Shown: positions 9,788 through 18,881, numbered from the stretch's first letter. The stretch is 64,000 nucleotides of DNA from Candidatus Omnitrophota bacterium (GCA_043797125.1 JAZDPX010000045.1:8338-72337), one strand, 5' to 3'. Notes: generated by a model from the letters alone, not told the origin. Numbers and translations are program-made.

Positions 9788-10357
9788 ATGCCACGAATAC
9801 CAAGATTCTGCTATGAAACCGGAATATTTCATGTTATGAAACGAGGCAATAATAGACAGGTTATCTTTAAGGCCAATGCCGATTTTAGAAGATATCTATA
9901 CCTTCTAAAAAAATATAAACATAGGTATAAATTTAAATTATATGCATATTGCCTGCTGCCAAACCATATCCATCTTTTGCTAGAATGCCAGACGATAAAA
10001 ACACTGTCTAAGGCAATGCAGGGCATAGGCCTTTCCTACTGCCATTGGCACAAAAAACAATATGAGTTTACTGGGCATTTGTTCCAGGGTAGATTCAAAA
10101 GCTCGCCCATAGGCAAAGAGAGCTATCTGTTAGGGTGCGCTAGATATATTGAGCTTAACCCTGTTCGCTCTGGCCTTGTATTTGACCCTAGCGATTACCC
10201 CTGGAGCAGCTATAATGCCTATGCATTTGGCAAGGCGGATTATCTGGTAGACGTTCTACCAGAATATTTGGGGTTTGGTCATAACGATTGCGAACGACAA
10301 AAACAATATCGTGAGTTTGTGCTCGCAGAAAGGCCTGGGGACACTTTACAAGCGTAG
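9788..10357 (+). CDS. IS200/IS605-family Y1 (HUH) transposase, REP-associated tyrosine transposase (RAYT)-like
   Basis: 189 aa. HUH motif LPNHIHLLLE. Catalytic Tyr region YIELNPVRSGLV. Typical N-terminus ...GIFHVMKRGNNRQVIF. SD aaggaggg precedes the ATG at 9788. Flanked by inverted REP-like doublets. Confidence 0.85.
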   Translation: MPRIPRFCYETGIFHVMKRGNNRQVIFKANADFRRYLYLLKKYKHRYKFKLYAYCLLPNHIHLLLECQTIKTLSKAMQGIGLSYCHWHKKQYEFTGHLFQGRFKSSPIGKESYLLGCARYIELNPVRSGLVFDPSDYPWSSYNAYAFGKADYLVDVLPEYLGFGHNDCERQKQYREFVLAERPGDTLQA

Positions 10358-10395
10358 GGGTGAACCGTCCCCAAGCGTAGGGGTGAACCGTCCCC
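10357..10395. repeat. Downstream REP-like doublet: GTAGGGGTGAACCGTCCCC x2 (10357-10372 and 10380-10395), inverted relative to the upstream copies
   Basis: Sequence reads ...agcGTAGGGGTGAACCGTCCCCaagcGTAGGGGTGAACCGTCCCCat. Each copy begins with the GTAG tetranucleotide typical of REPs. The first copy overlaps the transposase stop codon. Confidence 0.8.
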
Positions 10396-10405
10396 ATATT
10401 TTTAC

Positions 10406-10434
10406 TTGCTAAAGGGGAAGATATATCCTATAAT
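10406..10434 (+). promoter_or_regulatory. Candidate promoter TTGCTA-N17-TATAAT for the downstream chaperone gene
   Basis: ttgcta at 10406-10411 and tataat at 10429-10434. Followed by aggag (10446-10450) and ATG at 10456. Confidence 0.35.
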
Positions 10435-10455
10435 ATGCGAAACATAGGAGATTAT

Positions 10456-11892
10456 ATGCTTAATCCGTTGCGGAAAAAGGCAGTTATAAAATTTACAATG
10501 TGGGCGCTGATTGCCACTTTTGTTCTTTGGGGAGTAGGAAGCGCAACCATGACAACGCGCAATTACGCCGGTATAATATACGGCAGAAAAGTATACCCGC
10601 AGGAATACCAAAGTGCTTATTCCGCAGTTTTAACCCGCGCTAAGATACGTTATGGAGATAAGCTGCCTCAGGTAAGCAAATACATAGACCTTGGAGAGCA
10701 GGCATGGGACAGGCTGCTTCTTTTGCAATATGCCAAAAGAAGGCGCCTTAATGCGTCTAATAGGGATGTTATAGAAAGAATCGCCCAGATGCAGCTTTTC
10801 CAGCGCGGCGGTTACTTTGACAAAAGCGGCTATGATTATATTGTGGAGAATATATTCGGCATATCAGAAAGGCAATTTGAGGAATCGGTAAGAGAAGATA
10901 TTATAATCTCGAAGCTTGTTGAAGCCATGCAAAACGAAGTAACTGTTTCTGATGAAGAAATCCTGGAGGGCTACAGAATAAAAAATGAAAAGGCAGACAT
11001 AAGTTATATTTTAATAAATGCCGATTCGTTCAAGAATGAGGTTGTCATTGACGACAAAGAGCTTGAGCCTTTTTATAATGCCAATACAGAGCAATTCCGC
11101 AGCCCGGAAAAAATAAATGCTTACTATGTAAAAGCTCCATTTGCTGCGGGCGAGGCTGAAAGCTCTGCCGGTGACAAGGCCAAGAAAGAGGCCGAGCGCT
11201 TGGCTCACGAAATAAACGATTATTTAAATACCGGAGAGGATTTTAGCGCGCTGGCTCAAAAATATAACTTAGAGCTCAAAGAAACAGGCCCGTTTGCGCT
11301 TAGCGAGGAAATACCCGAAATAGGGCTCTCTTATCCTTTCTCCATAACAACCGCTTCGCTGGGTGATGAAAAGACAAATGATGTAGTAGAGGAAAAAGAC
11401 GCGTTTTACGTAATAAAATTAAAAGAAAAAACTCCTTCCAGTATCCGTTCTTTCCAGGAAGCGCAGGCTGATGTGCGCTTGGCGCTTATAGCCGATAAGG
11501 CTGACAAGCTCGCCCTGGCTTCTGCGCAAAATTATGCGGATATCCTAAAATCCGGAAAAGACACCCTAGAAAATATATCTCAGCAACTCGGTGTTGAATT
11601 AAACAAAAGGCAGGATATCGCAAGGCAGTCTTCTGTAGACGGGGTAGGAAACAACCCTGAATTTAACAGCGCCTGTTTTTCAATTAATGAGCAGGGGTCT
11701 GTCGGCCCTGTTAAGGTAGAAAACGGCTACGCCATTATCAGGCTTGACAAATTAAAGCCCCCTGATCAGGCGGCTTTCGAAAAAGAAAAACAGGAATTCT
11801 CAAAAGAGCTGCTTGATAAAAAGAGGGGTAAGTTTTTTGAGGATTGGTTCGTTGATTTTAAAAAACACGCAAATCTTAAGAAAAACATTTAA
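10456..11892 (+). CDS. Membrane-anchored periplasmic chaperone / peptidyl-prolyl isomerase, PpiD/SurA-like
   Basis: N-terminal TM helix (AVIKFTMWALIATFVLWGVGS), a SurA-N-like region and a C-terminal parvulin-like segment. The ORF-track start at 10435 lies inside the predicted -10 element, so the ATG at 10456 with SD aggag is preferred. Confidence 0.55.
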   Translation: MLNPLRKKAVIKFTMWALIATFVLWGVGSATMTTRNYAGIIYGRKVYPQEYQSAYSAVLTRAKIRYGDKLPQVSKYIDLGEQAWDRLLLLQYAKRRRLNASNRDVIERIAQMQLFQRGGYFDKSGYDYIVENIFGISERQFEESVREDIIISKLVEAMQNEVTVSDEEILEGYRIKNEKADISYILINADSFKNEVVIDDKELEPFYNANTEQFRSPEKINAYYVKAPFAAGEAESSAGDKAKKEAERLAHEINDYLNTGEDFSALAQKYNLELKETGPFALSEEIPEIGLSYPFSITTASLGDEKTNDVVEEKDAFYVIKLKEKTPSSIRSFQEAQADVRLALIADKADKLALASAQNYADILKSGKDTLENISQQLGVELNKRQDIARQSSVDGVGNNPEFNSACFSINEQGSVGPVKVENGYAIIRLDKLKPPDQAAFEKEKQEFSKELLDKKRGKFFEDWFVDFKKHANLKKNI

Positions 11893-12674
11893 GCGTTTTT
11901 AATCGCAACTTCATCAACAAATTCCCGAGCAATTTTTCCCATTTCCTCTAGGACATTTTTTGGGTAGGGCTTAATTTTTAAAAAGGCGGAGTCCAGTGTA
12001 TCTTTTGGAGAAAACTGCTGAAGCGAAAGTTTCCTCGCGCCTTTTATTAATCGGGCGATTTCCTTTATATCCTTAACATTAATTATTCCAGGCACAACTG
12101 TTGTGCGAAACTCATAATCTATGCCCGATGACATAATAATTTGTATGGATTTGGCAATGTCTTGCGTATTAATATCTGTGGCTGTTGCAGTTTTATATTT
12201 AGCAAGCGGCGCCTTTATGTCCATTGCTATATAATCTAACTTTTTAGCGTCGAGCAGGGCTTTTATTTTATCGGGGTGTGTGCCGTTGGTTTCTAACATT
12301 ACCTTAAGCTTGTATTTTTTTATCTCGTCGATTAAAAGGGTGAGCCACTCATGCATGGTGGGTTCGCCTCCTGATATAACCACCGCGTCAAGCCAGAGCC
12401 TTTTTGTTTTCAGGTAAGCTGTTATTTTTTCGAATGGCACAGTTTCCTTTATTCTGTCCAAAACAAGGGCCTTTGCGTGGCAAAACCCGCAGCGCAGGTT
12501 GCAGCCGGGTAAAAATAAAATGGAGGTTAGCTTGCCTTCCCACTCCAGCAAGCTAACCTCCTGAAAACCTTTTATATTAAACCTTTTGCAGGGCTGTTTC
12601 GAAATGAGTTTTGAGCTCGTCTGAGTTTGGGACTTCCCCATCCCATCTTGCGATTGTTTCATTGTCTTTTTCAA
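11889..12674 (-). CDS. nrdG: Anaerobic ribonucleoside-triphosphate reductase activating protein NrdG (radical SAM)
   Basis: CNLRCGFCH radical-SAM cluster motif. Lies downstream of nrdD. The true start is probably further 3' (for example TTG at about 12566, preceded by caggagg), because the listed start overlaps the upstream glutaredoxin-like ORF by about 100 nt. Confidence 0.8.
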   Translation of the reverse strand: MKKTMKQSQDGMGKSQTQTSSKLISKQPCKRFNIKGFQEVSLLEWEGKLTSILFLPGCNLRCGFCHAKALVLDRIKETVPFEKITAYLKTKRLWLDAVVISGGEPTMHEWLTLLIDEIKKYKLKVMLETNGTHPDKIKALLDAKKLDYIAMDIKAPLAKYKTATATDINTQDIAKSIQIIMSSGIDYEFRTTVVPGIINVKDIKEIARLIKGARKLSLQQFSPKDTLDSAFLKIKPYPKNVLEEMGKIAREFVDEVAIKNA

Positions 12675-12861
12675 TAACCGTGGTCGGTATTTTTAATACG
12701 TCGTAATAGGCGCCTTCCGCTACCCCGTCAATTGTGTCCATATCCATAAAATCCAGTGATACAATATCATTATAATTCCATTTTTCAATAAAATGCGAAA
12801 GTTTATTTCTTGTCGTCTCGCATTTTGCGCAGCCTTTTTTCCCGAATATCTTTATTTTCAT
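12577..12861 (-). CDS. Glutaredoxin/thioredoxin-fold protein (NrdH-like redoxin) in the nrd operon
   Basis: Begins MKIKIFGKKGCAKCETTRNKL with a CxxC motif. SD gaggaaatt precedes the ATG. The longer ORF-track version (start 12885) is an alternative-start artefact. Confidence 0.65.
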   Translation of the reverse strand: MKIKIFGKKGCAKCETTRNKLSHFIEKWNYNDIVSLDFMDMDTIDGVAEGAYYDVLKIPTTVIEKDNETIARWDGEVPNSDELKTHFETALQKV

Positions 12862-12909
12862 AATTTCCTCGAATTTACACCTCAAACTTTACACTTTACA
12901 CTTAACACT

Positions 12910-15351
12910 TTACGCTTCTAAAGCCACTTGATAATTATGCGGGCTTTTCCTCCTGTCTCTTAATTCGCCCAGCTTTGACTTGTTCCAATTATCAATCCTT
13001 GAATAATAACCCACAATCCTTGTTACTCCGTATATATTATCCGAGCCGCAGTGCGAACAGCTGTTTTTAAGCCCGAGTTCATTTTTGTGGCACGTGTTGC
13101 ATATTGTAAACTCGGGAGATATTGTAAGCTGCGCTGCCTGCGTATTATAATAGGTCTTCTGGACTAAATTCATAATTGATTTTGCCGACGGCAGTTTCTC
13201 GCCTACAAAGGCGTGAATAATAGCGCCTGATTCTATCATCGTATGGAATTTGGATTGCTTTTGTATTCTGGTTATTATATCTATCGGCGCATCCGGGGCA
13301 AAGTGGATGGAATTAGTATAATAGTACGCGTCGTTCTCGATGTCTCCCTTCATAACGGTTTCGGATTCCGGGAAATTTCTCAAATCAACTTTTGCCAGGC
13401 GCCTTGCCGCTGATTCGGCCGGGGATTCTTCCAGGGAGAATTTTAACCCAAGCTTTTCTCCGTCCTTTTTTGCCTTAATATACATAGATGATATTATCTT
13501 AAGCCCCAGCTTGTAAATCTCCTCGTCTTCGTGCAGCTGCTTGCCTGTTAAAAACTGCACGCATTCATCAAGCCCGAGTATTCCTATTATATATGTGGCC
13601 GTGCTTAAATCCACGTATTTTCTTCCGTCCAACGCTATCTTGCCTATTTCCCATAAAGGCAGACCAGGCTCCTGCATGATTCTGGCGATAAATTCCTTTT
13701 TCTGCAAATGCGCCTTGACAGCCAAATCCATGCACTTTTCTATTTCATTAAGTAACCCGTCTATATTACCTTTTCCTGCGCGGTACGCTGCCTGAGGCAA
13801 ATTTATGGTTATGTTCTGGAAGCCGCAGAAACGCATGCTCTCCGGATGCTCGATCATATAATTATCTTTTATCTGTGTTCGCAGCCTGCAGCAGGCGGAT
13901 AGTGTAACTTCATCCCTGTCAAAAACAAAATACGGAGCCCCGTTTTCGCTGGCCACCAAACAGGCATGTTCCAGGAGTTCTTTCTGTGCCGGGTCTTTAA
14001 ATGTTTCTTCGTTTATGTGGAAATCGCATTTAGGGAATGCGAACGGCTTACCGTTCTCATCGCCGTAGCGCCAGACCTCAAGCATTGCCTTTGCAAACTT
14101 CTGGGCTGTTTTCTCATAATAATCGTAGGTCTTGCCGGTATACTGGCCTTTCGGCCCGATAGCAGGTATCTTTTTAAGATATGTCGGTGTTCCTGTGTGG
14201 ACGTTGTGGTCTATAAAAAGGCTCTGGCCCCCTCTTGAAAATGCGTTCTGGGAACCGGAAAATATAAGATACTGCGCCTCCTGCTTTAGCTCGTCGTCCG
14301 ACATTCCCTCTAAATAAGGCGCGTACATTATATTTATATAGCCTATTCCCAGGGCGCCGGCGTAAAACGCCTGCATGCTTGCCAAAAATGTATTAAGGTG
14401 CCCTGTCAGGGTCCTGGCGTATTTGGCGGGGGCGCTTTGCGTGTCTAGGCCGCCTAATTTTAATCCGTATTTTTTAATATATTCCAAAGAGTGCGAACTG
14501 CAATACACTCTCGTGGGGTATCCTAAATCATGCAGGTGGATCATGCCCTTCATGTGCGCGTCTGCCACATCTTCGGAAAATATCCTGTGCAGGGCGTATT
14601 GTTTAAGGGTTGTTTCCGCTATGGATAAATTAACAGCCTCGGGATTATTGGTCGAGATATTAGAATTTTCATTGCTCTTTGTGAGGATAAGTCTGTCTAA
14701 ATCATAGGTCGGCATTCCTATTATAGCCTGCTTTCTTAATGTTGCGTTTAAACCGCGCTCAAATAATTCATTGTCAACCAATTCCCTTATAAGTGTTGTG
14801 GAAAGAAGCCTGTGTTCTGAAGCGATTATTTTATTTTCAACCGCTGAAGCTATTTTAGCAGCTAGCTCCTCATCAAGCCCTGCCTCTTTTTTCAGTGCCT
14901 GCGTAATCTTTGTCTTACTCCACGGCACTATCTCGTCTTTCGCCATTGGTGTAACTAAAAGCGACATGTCCGTAGTGTTGTTGGACGCTGTTACGGTCTT
15001 TCTTACGCGTAACGTCCTTCTGCTTAGCGTTCTTTTTTCGCGGTATAATATATATGACTTGGCGGTCTTGGCATGGCCTGTCTCTATCAACACCTTTTCG
15101 ACTATGTCCTGTATCTCTTCTATAGACGGAGTGGCCGGGCCGTATGTTTTATGCAAGAAAAGCTCGACTGCCGATGCCAGCTCCTCGGCAAGAATCCTAT
15201 CTTCTCCGCCCACCGAAACAGCTGCTTTATATATAGCGTCTATTATCTTACTTTTATCAAACGGGACAACAGAGCCGTCTCTCTTTTTTACTGAGGTAAA
15301 ATAATGCCCGCGTTCTCTTTTATCCTTTGTTATTAACTTTTCAGTAAACAT
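12910..15351 (-). CDS. nrdD: Anaerobic (class III) ribonucleoside-triphosphate reductase NrdD
   Basis: 813 aa. N-terminal ATP-cone-like segment. C-terminal Cys cluster (CNTCHKNELGLKNSCSHCGS). Glycyl-radical motif TRIVGYYSR near the C-terminus. Confidence 0.9.
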   Translation of the reverse strand: MFTEKLITKDKRERGHYFTSVKKRDGSVVPFDKSKIIDAIYKAAVSVGGEDRILAEELASAVELFLHKTYGPATPSIEEIQDIVEKVLIETGHAKTAKSYILYREKRTLSRRTLRVRKTVTASNNTTDMSLLVTPMAKDEIVPWSKTKITQALKKEAGLDEELAAKIASAVENKIIASEHRLLSTTLIRELVDNELFERGLNATLRKQAIIGMPTYDLDRLILTKSNENSNISTNNPEAVNLSIAETTLKQYALHRIFSEDVADAHMKGMIHLHDLGYPTRVYCSSHSLEYIKKYGLKLGGLDTQSAPAKYARTLTGHLNTFLASMQAFYAGALGIGYINIMYAPYLEGMSDDELKQEAQYLIFSGSQNAFSRGGQSLFIDHNVHTGTPTYLKKIPAIGPKGQYTGKTYDYYEKTAQKFAKAMLEVWRYGDENGKPFAFPKCDFHINEETFKDPAQKELLEHACLVASENGAPYFVFDRDEVTLSACCRLRTQIKDNYMIEHPESMRFCGFQNITINLPQAAYRAGKGNIDGLLNEIEKCMDLAVKAHLQKKEFIARIMQEPGLPLWEIGKIALDGRKYVDLSTATYIIGILGLDECVQFLTGKQLHEDEEIYKLGLKIISSMYIKAKKDGEKLGLKFSLEESPAESAARRLAKVDLRNFPESETVMKGDIENDAYYYTNSIHFAPDAPIDIITRIQKQSKFHTMIESGAIIHAFVGEKLPSAKSIMNLVQKTYYNTQAAQLTISPEFTICNTCHKNELGLKNSCSHCGSDNIYGVTRIVGYYSRIDNWNKSKLGELRDRRKSPHNYQVALEA

Positions 15352-15353
15352 CT

Positions 15354-15815
15354 TTACTTCCTCTCTAGTTTAATGATATCTTTTAGCTCTTTCATAAATT
15401 CGCTTATATCTTTAAATTCTCTATATACGGAGGCAAACCTTACATAAGCCACCTGGTCTATAGAATGGAGTTTTTTCATTATTAGTTCGCCTATTTGGGA
15501 TGATTTAACTTCCTTGTCGTGGCGTTTTAAAAGTGTCCTTTCAACATTATCCAGAAGGGTCTCTATCTGCTTGGCGCTTATAGGCCTTTTCTCGCAAGCC
15601 TTTAGCAGGCCTGACATAATCTTGTTTCTGTCAAACGGCTGTCGCTGCCCGCTTTTTTTAACAACCATAAGCGGTATCTCTTCAATGTGCTCATAGGTAG
15701 TAAATCTTCTCTGGCATTTTAAACATTCGCGCCTTCTCCTTGTAGAATCGTTTTCGCCGCTTGCGCGCGAGTCTACTACCTTATCTTCCGGGTGTCCGCA
15801 GTATGGGCATCTCAT
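15354..15815 (-). CDS. nrdR: Transcriptional repressor NrdR (zinc ribbon + ATP-cone)
   Basis: MRCPYCGHPEDKVVDSRASGENDSTRRRRECLKCQRRFTTYE is diagnostic for NrdR. Confidence 0.95.
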   Translation of the reverse strand: MRCPYCGHPEDKVVDSRASGENDSTRRRRECLKCQRRFTTYEHIEEIPLMVVKKSGQRQPFDRNKIMSGLLKACEKRPISAKQIETLLDNVERTLLKRHDKEVKSSQIGELIMKKLHSIDQVAYVRFASVYREFKDISEFMKELKDIIKLERK

Positions 15816-15870
15816 GGAAAGTTACTATAATACATTGTAAAAAGAATGTCAATGATAAAATTTCGCAAAA

Positions 15871-15916
15871 ATACATTATATTGTGGTTGTCGTCGTGATT
15901 TGGGCCTATATATAGG
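15871..15916 (-). promoter_or_regulatory. Two candidate NrdR boxes upstream of nrdR-nrdD (box1 15871-15886 CCACAATATAATGTAT on minus strand; box2 15905-15916 CCTATATATAGG), centres about 32 bp apart
   Basis: Box 1 matches 13 of 16 positions of the consensus acaCwAtATaTwGtgt. Centre-to-centre spacing of about 31-32 bp is typical of tandem NrdR boxes. Lies between nrdR and the upstream dCMP deaminase gene. Confidence 0.4.
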
Positions 15917-15926
15917 TGGGGGGGGG

Positions 15927-16394
15927 TTATGCCTCTATTACCTTTACGCGGGCTTTTTTGAAAAATTTCATTGCCATTTTATCGGGGTAGCTGCCTCTTA
16001 CAACAATCCTTTTTATGCCCGCGTTTATTATCATCTTGGCGCATATAAAACAAGGCTGGTTTGTACAGTATAGGGTCGCGTCATCTAAACTTACCCCGTA
16101 AACAGCTGCCTGGATTATCGCGTTTTGTTCTGCATGCAACCCGCGGCATAATTCATGCCTCTGGCCTGAAGGAATATTTAACTCTTCCCTGAGGCAGCCT
16201 GCAAACTCGCAGTGCGGAATGCCTTTTGGCGCGCCGTTATACCCTGTGGATAAGATGTGTTTATCCTTTACAAGCACCGCGCCGACCTTTCTTCTTAAGC
16301 AGGTAGACCTTTCGCAGACAAGCTGGGCGACTTTCAGGAAATATTCATCCCAACCCGGCCTTTTAATTATTTTTTTTATTTTAGCCTTTTTCAT
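15927..16394 (-). CDS. dCMP (deoxycytidylate) deaminase, cytidine/deoxycytidylate deaminase family
   Basis: Zinc-binding motifs HAEQNAI and [10 protein letters not shown]. Confidence 0.85.
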   Translation of the reverse strand: MKKAKIKKIIKRPGWDEYFLKVAQLVCERSTCLRRKVGAVLVKDKHILSTGYNGAPKGIPHCEFAGCLREELNIPSGQRHELCRGLHAEQNAIIQAAVYGVSLDDATLYCTNQPCFICAKMIINAGIKRIVVRGSYPDKMAMKFFKKARVKVIEA

Positions 16395-17652
16395 TTTTCA
16401 TCTTTCTGATACGTTCCGTGTATAGAGGAAACTTTTTTACAAGCAACGCCACGTCATTAGCAACCTTTTTTATTTTCTTCTTATCGTTTACATCGGTAAC
16501 TACTTCGTCTATAAAAGAGACGATCTTGCGCATCTGGGGCTCTTTCATTCCCCTTGTTGTAACCGCGGGGGTGCCAATCCTTATGCCGCTTGTAACAAAC
16601 GGCGAGTTCGCATCATAAGGAATTAAATTTTTATTTACAGTTATGCTCGCCTCATCTAGCGCAGCTGCCGCTTCCTTGCCTGTTACGTTTCTGGATTTGA
16701 CAAGATTGACCAGCAAAAGATGATTATCCGTCCCGCCTGACACTATATAGAACTTTCGTTTTTTAAATTCCTCACAAATTGTTTTCGCGTTTTGTATAGT
16801 CTGAAGCTGCTTCTGTTTAAACTCCGCGGTCGCGGCATTTTTAAAAGCAACCGCCTTGGCAGCGATTATATGCATAAGCGGCCCGCCCTGTAAACCCGGA
16901 AAAACCATCGTATCTATCGCTTTCGCGTATTTTTCTTTGCAAAGTATGAAACCGCTTCTTGGGCCGCGCAAGGTCTTGTGCGTTGTGCTTGTAACAAAAT
17001 CCGCGTAAGGAGTCGGGTTGGGGTGTAAGCCTGCTGCCACAAGGCCCGCGATATGCGCCATATCGACCATAAGTAAAGCCCCTACATCGTCGCAAATCTC
17101 TCTGAACTTCTTAAAATCAAGGGTTCTCGGATAAGCGCTGGCGCCCGCTAAAATAAGCTTTGGCTTATGTTCTCTGGCTAAGCGCAGGACTTCATTATAA
17201 TCAATGGTTTCCGTGTTTTTATCAACCCCGTAAAATACCATATTGAAATATTTGCCCGAGTAATTAAGTTTGTGGCCGTGCGTAAGATGCCCGCCGCAGG
17301 ATAAATCCATGGCAAGCGCGGTATCGCCCATGTTAAGCTGGCTGAAAAACACAGCCATATTAGCGCTTGAGCCTGAATGCGGCTGGACATTAGCGTGCTC
17401 CGCGTTGAAAAGTTTTTTTACTCTTTCAATCGCCAGGGCTTCGGCAATATCGACATATTGACACCCGCTATACCAGCGTTTAGCTGGATAGCCTTCGGCA
17501 TACTTGTTTGTCATTACAGAGCCTTGAGCCTCCAACACCGCCTCGTCCACGAAATTCTCGCTGGCGATAAGCTCTATTTTATCGTTCTGCCTTTTTGTCT
17601 CATCTAAAATAGCCTTGTATATTGCCGGGTCTTTCTTTTTAAGCAAACTCAT
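16381..17652 (-). CDS. glyA: Serine hydroxymethyltransferase
   Basis: PLP-site motif [14 protein letters not shown]. Length 423 aa. Confidence 0.95.
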   Translation of the reverse strand: MSLLKKKDPAIYKAILDETKRQNDKIELIASENFVDEAVLEAQGSVMTNKYAEGYPAKRWYSGCQYVDIAEALAIERVKKLFNAEHANVQPHSGSSANMAVFFSQLNMGDTALAMDLSCGGHLTHGHKLNYSGKYFNMVFYGVDKNTETIDYNEVLRLAREHKPKLILAGASAYPRTLDFKKFREICDDVGALLMVDMAHIAGLVAAGLHPNPTPYADFVTSTTHKTLRGPRSGFILCKEKYAKAIDTMVFPGLQGGPLMHIIAAKAVAFKNAATAEFKQKQLQTIQNAKTICEEFKKRKFYIVSGGTDNHLLLVNLVKSRNVTGKEAAAALDEASITVNKNLIPYDANSPFVTSGIRIGTPAVTTRGMKEPQMRKIVSFIDEVVTDVNDKKKIKKVANDVALLVKKFPLYTERIRKMKNEKG

Positions 17653-17686
17653 GGCTTAATTTTCTCCTTTTAGGTAATAATTCGCG

Positions 17687-17726
17687 CCCCTACGTAGCGG
17701 AGCCTTAAGGCTCCGCTACGTAGGGG
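17687..17726. repeat. Palindromic element copy A (extended 40-nt perfect palindrome CCCCTACGTAGCGGAGCCTTAAGGCTCCGCTACGTAGGGG) between sua5-ptp and glyA
   Basis: Read from the sequence. The core GTAGCGGAGCCTTAAGGCTCCGCTAC is shared with seven other copies. Confidence 0.9.
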
Positions 17727-17752
17727 TCTAGATGCTTACAATGGCTAAATTA

Positions 17753-18823
17753 TTACCCTCTTAGTTTCTTCGCTATAGATTTTACAGCTTCTTCAATCTG
17801 CCTAAAGCTTTCCTCGTACGCGAGAAACGCGTGGCCTATCGGGTCAGGGACATCAATGCTGTCTTTTGTAGTGCCCGCGAATTCCTTAAAAACATAGGTC
17901 TTATTTTTTGCGTTTGGTATTTTAGCGATAATAAGATTTTTCTGCAAAAGCTCCATAACAAAAATAATGTCTGCCCAATCCGCCAGCTCGCCTGTGAATC
18001 TGTGCGTTTTAAAATCAGACATATCAATATTTGCGTACCTTTTCATTGCTTCCTGCATCTCTTCTGAAGGCAGTAATCCGTCTATCGCTATTATGCCTGC
18101 TGATTTTATATCAAATCCGTATTTTGTCAACTCCCTTTTTAAAAGCGCCTCTGCCATTGGAGAGCGGCAACTGTTGCCTGCGCAAACCACAAGTATGTTT
18201 TTAATTTCCCCGCTTTTTTGGCTAAGAATAGCTTTTATCCTGTCTATATTGCTGCCCTCTCTTAGGATCTTTGGCTCCTGCGAGCTTATGTCTATTACTG
18301 TCGATGATATGCCCATTTCCGTGGGCCCTGAGTCTATAACCATATCTATGAGCCCGTCAAAGGCCTGGACCACGCTGAATGGCTCGACCGGATCCGGCCT
18401 GCCTGATATGTTGGCGCTCGGCACAGCTATATCAAGGCCGCCTTCTTTTATCAATTCGATTGCTATTTTATTCGCGGGTATTCTAAAGCCTATTTTTTCG
18501 CTGTCTTTTGATTTTAATATTATTGTCAAAGGCCCGGGCCAAAATTCATCCATAAGCTTTTTTGCGAGAGGCGTTACCTCGTGCGCATAATGCAAAACCC
18601 TTGTCTTATCAGCTATCTGTATTGTAAATGGTTTATCTTTAGGGCGCTTTTTTATATTATACAGCCTGTCAATGGCCTTTTTATTGTTGTAATCTGCCCC
18701 AAGGCCGTACACGGTCTCTGTAGGAAAGGCGACAATGCCGCCTTTTTTTAAGATATCCGCCGCTTGTTTTATTATGTTCGGGTCAGGGTTGTCTGGATCG
18801 ACTTTTACTATCTTTGTCTGCAT
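17753..18823 (-). CDS. Fusion protein: L-threonylcarbamoyladenylate synthase (Sua5/YrdC/YwlC domain) + low-molecular-weight protein tyrosine/arginine phosphatase (YwlE-like)
   Basis: N-terminal half has GIVAFPTETVYGLGAD and SANISG (YrdC fold). C-terminal half has the P-loop VVCAGNSCRSPMAEAL (CX5R) and a DP general-acid region. Confidence 0.8.
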   Translation of the reverse strand: MQTKIVKVDPDNPDPNIIKQAADILKKGGIVAFPTETVYGLGADYNNKKAIDRLYNIKKRPKDKPFTIQIADKTRVLHYAHEVTPLAKKLMDEFWPGPLTIILKSKDSEKIGFRIPANKIAIELIKEGGLDIAVPSANISGRPDPVEPFSVVQAFDGLIDMVIDSGPTEMGISSTVIDISSQEPKILREGSNIDRIKAILSQKSGEIKNILVVCAGNSCRSPMAEALLKRELTKYGFDIKSAGIIAIDGLLPSEEMQEAMKRYANIDMSDFKTHRFTGELADWADIIFVMELLQKNLIIAKIPNAKNKTYVFKEFAGTTKDSIDVPDPIGHAFLAYEESFRQIEEAVKSIAKKLRG

Positions 18824-18838
18824 AGGTTTCCCATGAAG

Positions 18839-18878
18839 CCGTAGCGGAGCCTTAAGGCTCCGCTACGGTTGTGGATAA
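18839..18878. repeat. Palindromic element copy B (core 18841-18866 + flank GGTTGTGGATAA) between purE and sua5-ptp
   Basis: Sequence is ccGTAGCGGAGCCTTAAGGCTCCGCTACggttgtggataa. Confidence 0.9.
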
Positions 18879-18881
18879 GTG

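Larger units (their letters stand above)
9639..10395 (+). mobile_element. REP-RAYT unit (IS200-like transposase bracketed by inverted REP doublets)
   Basis: Combination of the three features above. Arrangement is > > tnp < <. Confidence 0.7.

Noticed and set aside
12862-12885. N-terminal extension MRCKFEEI of the glutaredoxin-like ORF, and the 10435 start of the chaperone ORF
   Set aside because: The ORF track uses alternative start codons translated as M. In both cases a downstream ATG with a good SD, and for the chaperone a promoter overlapping the upstream start, is more plausible.
17653-17752. ZTP (pfl) or glycine riboswitch upstream of glyA
   Set aside because: The 100-nt leader is dominated by the 40-nt palindromic element. 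The characteristic conserved ZTP or glycine-riboswitch sequence blocks are not visible.
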